In this document: in pieces, positions 42,354-43,466 of the stretch | Numbering within the stretch: the first letter of the stretch is position 1 | Layout of the letters: every line of letters starts with the position of its first letter | Sequence record: OM272052.1 | Reading direction: 5' to 3' (one strand) | Origin: Escherichia phage fBC-Eco01 | Length of the DNA stretch: 43,466 bases | Notes under the pieces: model-generated | The model's database searches: none | Seen by the model: the letters and a program-made list of their open reading frames with translations, nothing else | Told to the model about the DNA's origin: nothing | Program-made: the position numbers and the translations under genes

Positions 42354-42592
42354 TGCCTAAAATCACAATCGCGTCACTCGAGCGCCGTATTCTGGTGCTT
42401 GAGTCGGAGAAACAGACGTTAAGCGGGCAACTGTCGATTAACGGTGAGTTTCAACTGGAGGCATTTAAGTTGTTGCTTGATAAGTTGAAAGAGGGTGAAA
42501 AGCCTTGCGAGCACGATTACTATCTACATGTGGTAGGTGGATTACATCGAGCAACGTGCATTAAATGTGGCGAAGCGTATGGGGTCGCCTAA
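42353..42592 (+). CDS. hypothetical protein with C-terminal CEHDY...CxKCG motif
   Basis: 79 aa; C-terminal Cys/His cluster shared with ORF 39151..39630. Confidence 0.5.
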   Translation: MPKITIASLERRILVLESEKQTLSGQLSINGEFQLEAFKLLLDKLKEGEKPCEHDYYLHVVGGLHRATCIKCGEAYGVA

Positions 42593-42761
42593 ACCAGTAG
42601 TAATTGATGGCGTCCTGTGGAAACCTTACTCAGTTAACCACATCGACGCCGACGGGAAGAAGTTTAGCTTCTACATTTTTGCAATTAGCCGTGAGCACGC
42701 CGCTTGTGTGGTCGATGATATACGAGAAACGGCGTGGTTAGGCGATGAGATAGTGGGGTGA
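42579..42761 (+). CDS. hypothetical protein
   Basis: internal ATG 42579 chosen over track start 42537 to limit overlap; start uncertain. Confidence 0.35.
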   Translation: MGSPKPVVIDGVLWKPYSVNHIDADGKKFSFYIFAISREHAACVVDDIRETAWLGDEIVG

Positions 42762-42765
42762 GAGT

Positions 42766-42849
42766 ATGAGTCTTGAGGTGGTTATGGGTCTGGTCGGTCT
42801 TAGTTACTTCATTGGGGTATTGGTTGGATTTCTGTGGGGTAGATATTAA
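42766..42849 (+). CDS. small hydrophobic peptide (27 aa)
   Basis: ATG with RBS GGGGTGAGAG; single predicted TM helix. Confidence 0.3.
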   Translation: MSLEVVMGLVGLSYFIGVLVGFLWGRY

Positions 42850-43019
42850 TGTTCAGTGACATCAACGCCGCAATAGAAGAAGCAATCTGGCGTCGATACA
42901 ACGGCGAGCAACAACGGCATTTCTGCCTGGTGCAACGAGGAAACATGATTGCCGTAGTGCAGGACCGTGATAACAAATATCCGAATGCGATGTGGACAAC
43001 GAGGAATTTCTTAGGATGA
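42849..43019 (+). CDS. hypothetical small protein (56 aa)
   Basis: ATG overlapping upstream stop. Confidence 0.35.
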   Translation: MFSDINAAIEEAIWRRYNGEQQRHFCLVQRGNMIAVVQDRDNKYPNAMWTTRNFLG

Positions 43020-43252
43020 TTACCAGCATTCCGAACCTGATTAAAGAATACGGCACGATGGCTGAGACATGCCGACAAACCGGCATCAACGAAATGACGA
43101 TTGCCAAGTACAGCAAAGACGTTAACTGCGAGCGCCACGTAATTTATAACAATCGTCTAATGACGCACGTTAAGACAAGCCCGGTATTATTCACGCGCCG
43201 CGGTATCACTAAAACCGAGCAACGTATTGCTAAAGAGGAGAGTGAGGAGTGA
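43016..43252 (+). CDS. hypothetical protein with HTH-like segment
   Basis: ATG 43016 within track ORF 42992..43252; segment AETCRQTGINEMTIAKYSKD resembles a helix-turn-helix. Confidence 0.45.
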   Translation: MITSIPNLIKEYGTMAETCRQTGINEMTIAKYSKDVNCERHVIYNNRLMTHVKTSPVLFTRRGITKTEQRIAKEESEE

Positions 43253-43404
43253 AAAAGTTAACTGTCTACTGGAAAACAGGCGCTACGTCAGAACTCGATG
43301 TTTTCAGTGTAACGCAGTGTGAGAAGTTCTGGTGCGCAGAAACATTCAACGGAGAAGTGAGAATACCAATCGCACTGGTAGACGGCGGAGATATAACCGA
43401 ATAG
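43249..43404 (+). CDS. hypothetical small protein (51 aa)
   Basis: GTG start overlapping upstream stop; followed by AGCCCTC-TACG-GAGGGCT hairpin terminator near 43410-43440. Confidence 0.3.
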   Translation: MKKLTVYWKTGATSELDVFSVTQCEKFWCAETFNGEVRIPIALVDGGDITE

Positions 43405-43466
43405 TCACACCACAAGCCCTCTACGGAGGGCTTTTCTGTACATCCTGCCTAATCCCCTTATATAAT

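Noticed and set aside
1-43466. Temperate lifestyle (integrase, attachment site, CI/Cro switch), CRISPR arrays, tRNA genes, transposases
   Set aside because: No integrase or recombinase-like ORF, no repeat-spacer array and no cloverleaf-compatible sequence were found; the two HTH genes alone do not establish lysogeny.

Overview
This window looks like a near-complete genome (about 43.5 kb) of a tailed, siphovirus-type enterobacterial phage, read from the terminase genes. Roughly 0-25.3 kb (+ strand) is the structural block: small and large terminase, portal, Mu F/SPP1 gp7-like head morphogenesis protein, overlapped Rz/Rz1-like spanins, scaffold, major capsid, head-tail connector proteins, major tail protein, G/GT tail chaperone with a probable -1 frameshift, tape measure, gpM/L/K/I-J-like tail tip proteins and a beta-helix tail fibre. 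Roughly 25.3-37.4 kb (- strand) is the replication module: SF2 helicase, VRR-NUC nuclease, family A DNA polymerase, DUF2815 SSB-like protein, DUF2800/Cas4-like nuclease, primase-helicase, two HNH homing endonucleases plus one decayed remnant, and a lone + strand XRE HTH gene. Roughly 37.8-43.4 kb (+ strand) holds many small early-type ORFs plus holin and endolysin. Three antisense accessory cassettes (morons) interrupt the structural block, each behind a copy of a near-identical ~33-bp promoter element. The most striking is a five-gene operon (13147-15090) encoding an Imm-like membrane protein and an HTH-metallophosphoesterase fusion. Two promoter-to-terminator-bounded non-coding transcripts are predicted (6194-6394 and 37509-37729). 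No tRNA, CRISPR array, integrase or transposase was recognised. All family assignments are by-eye motif recognition from the translated ORFs, not database searches; promoter, terminator and small-ORF coordinates were hand-counted and may be off by a few bases.
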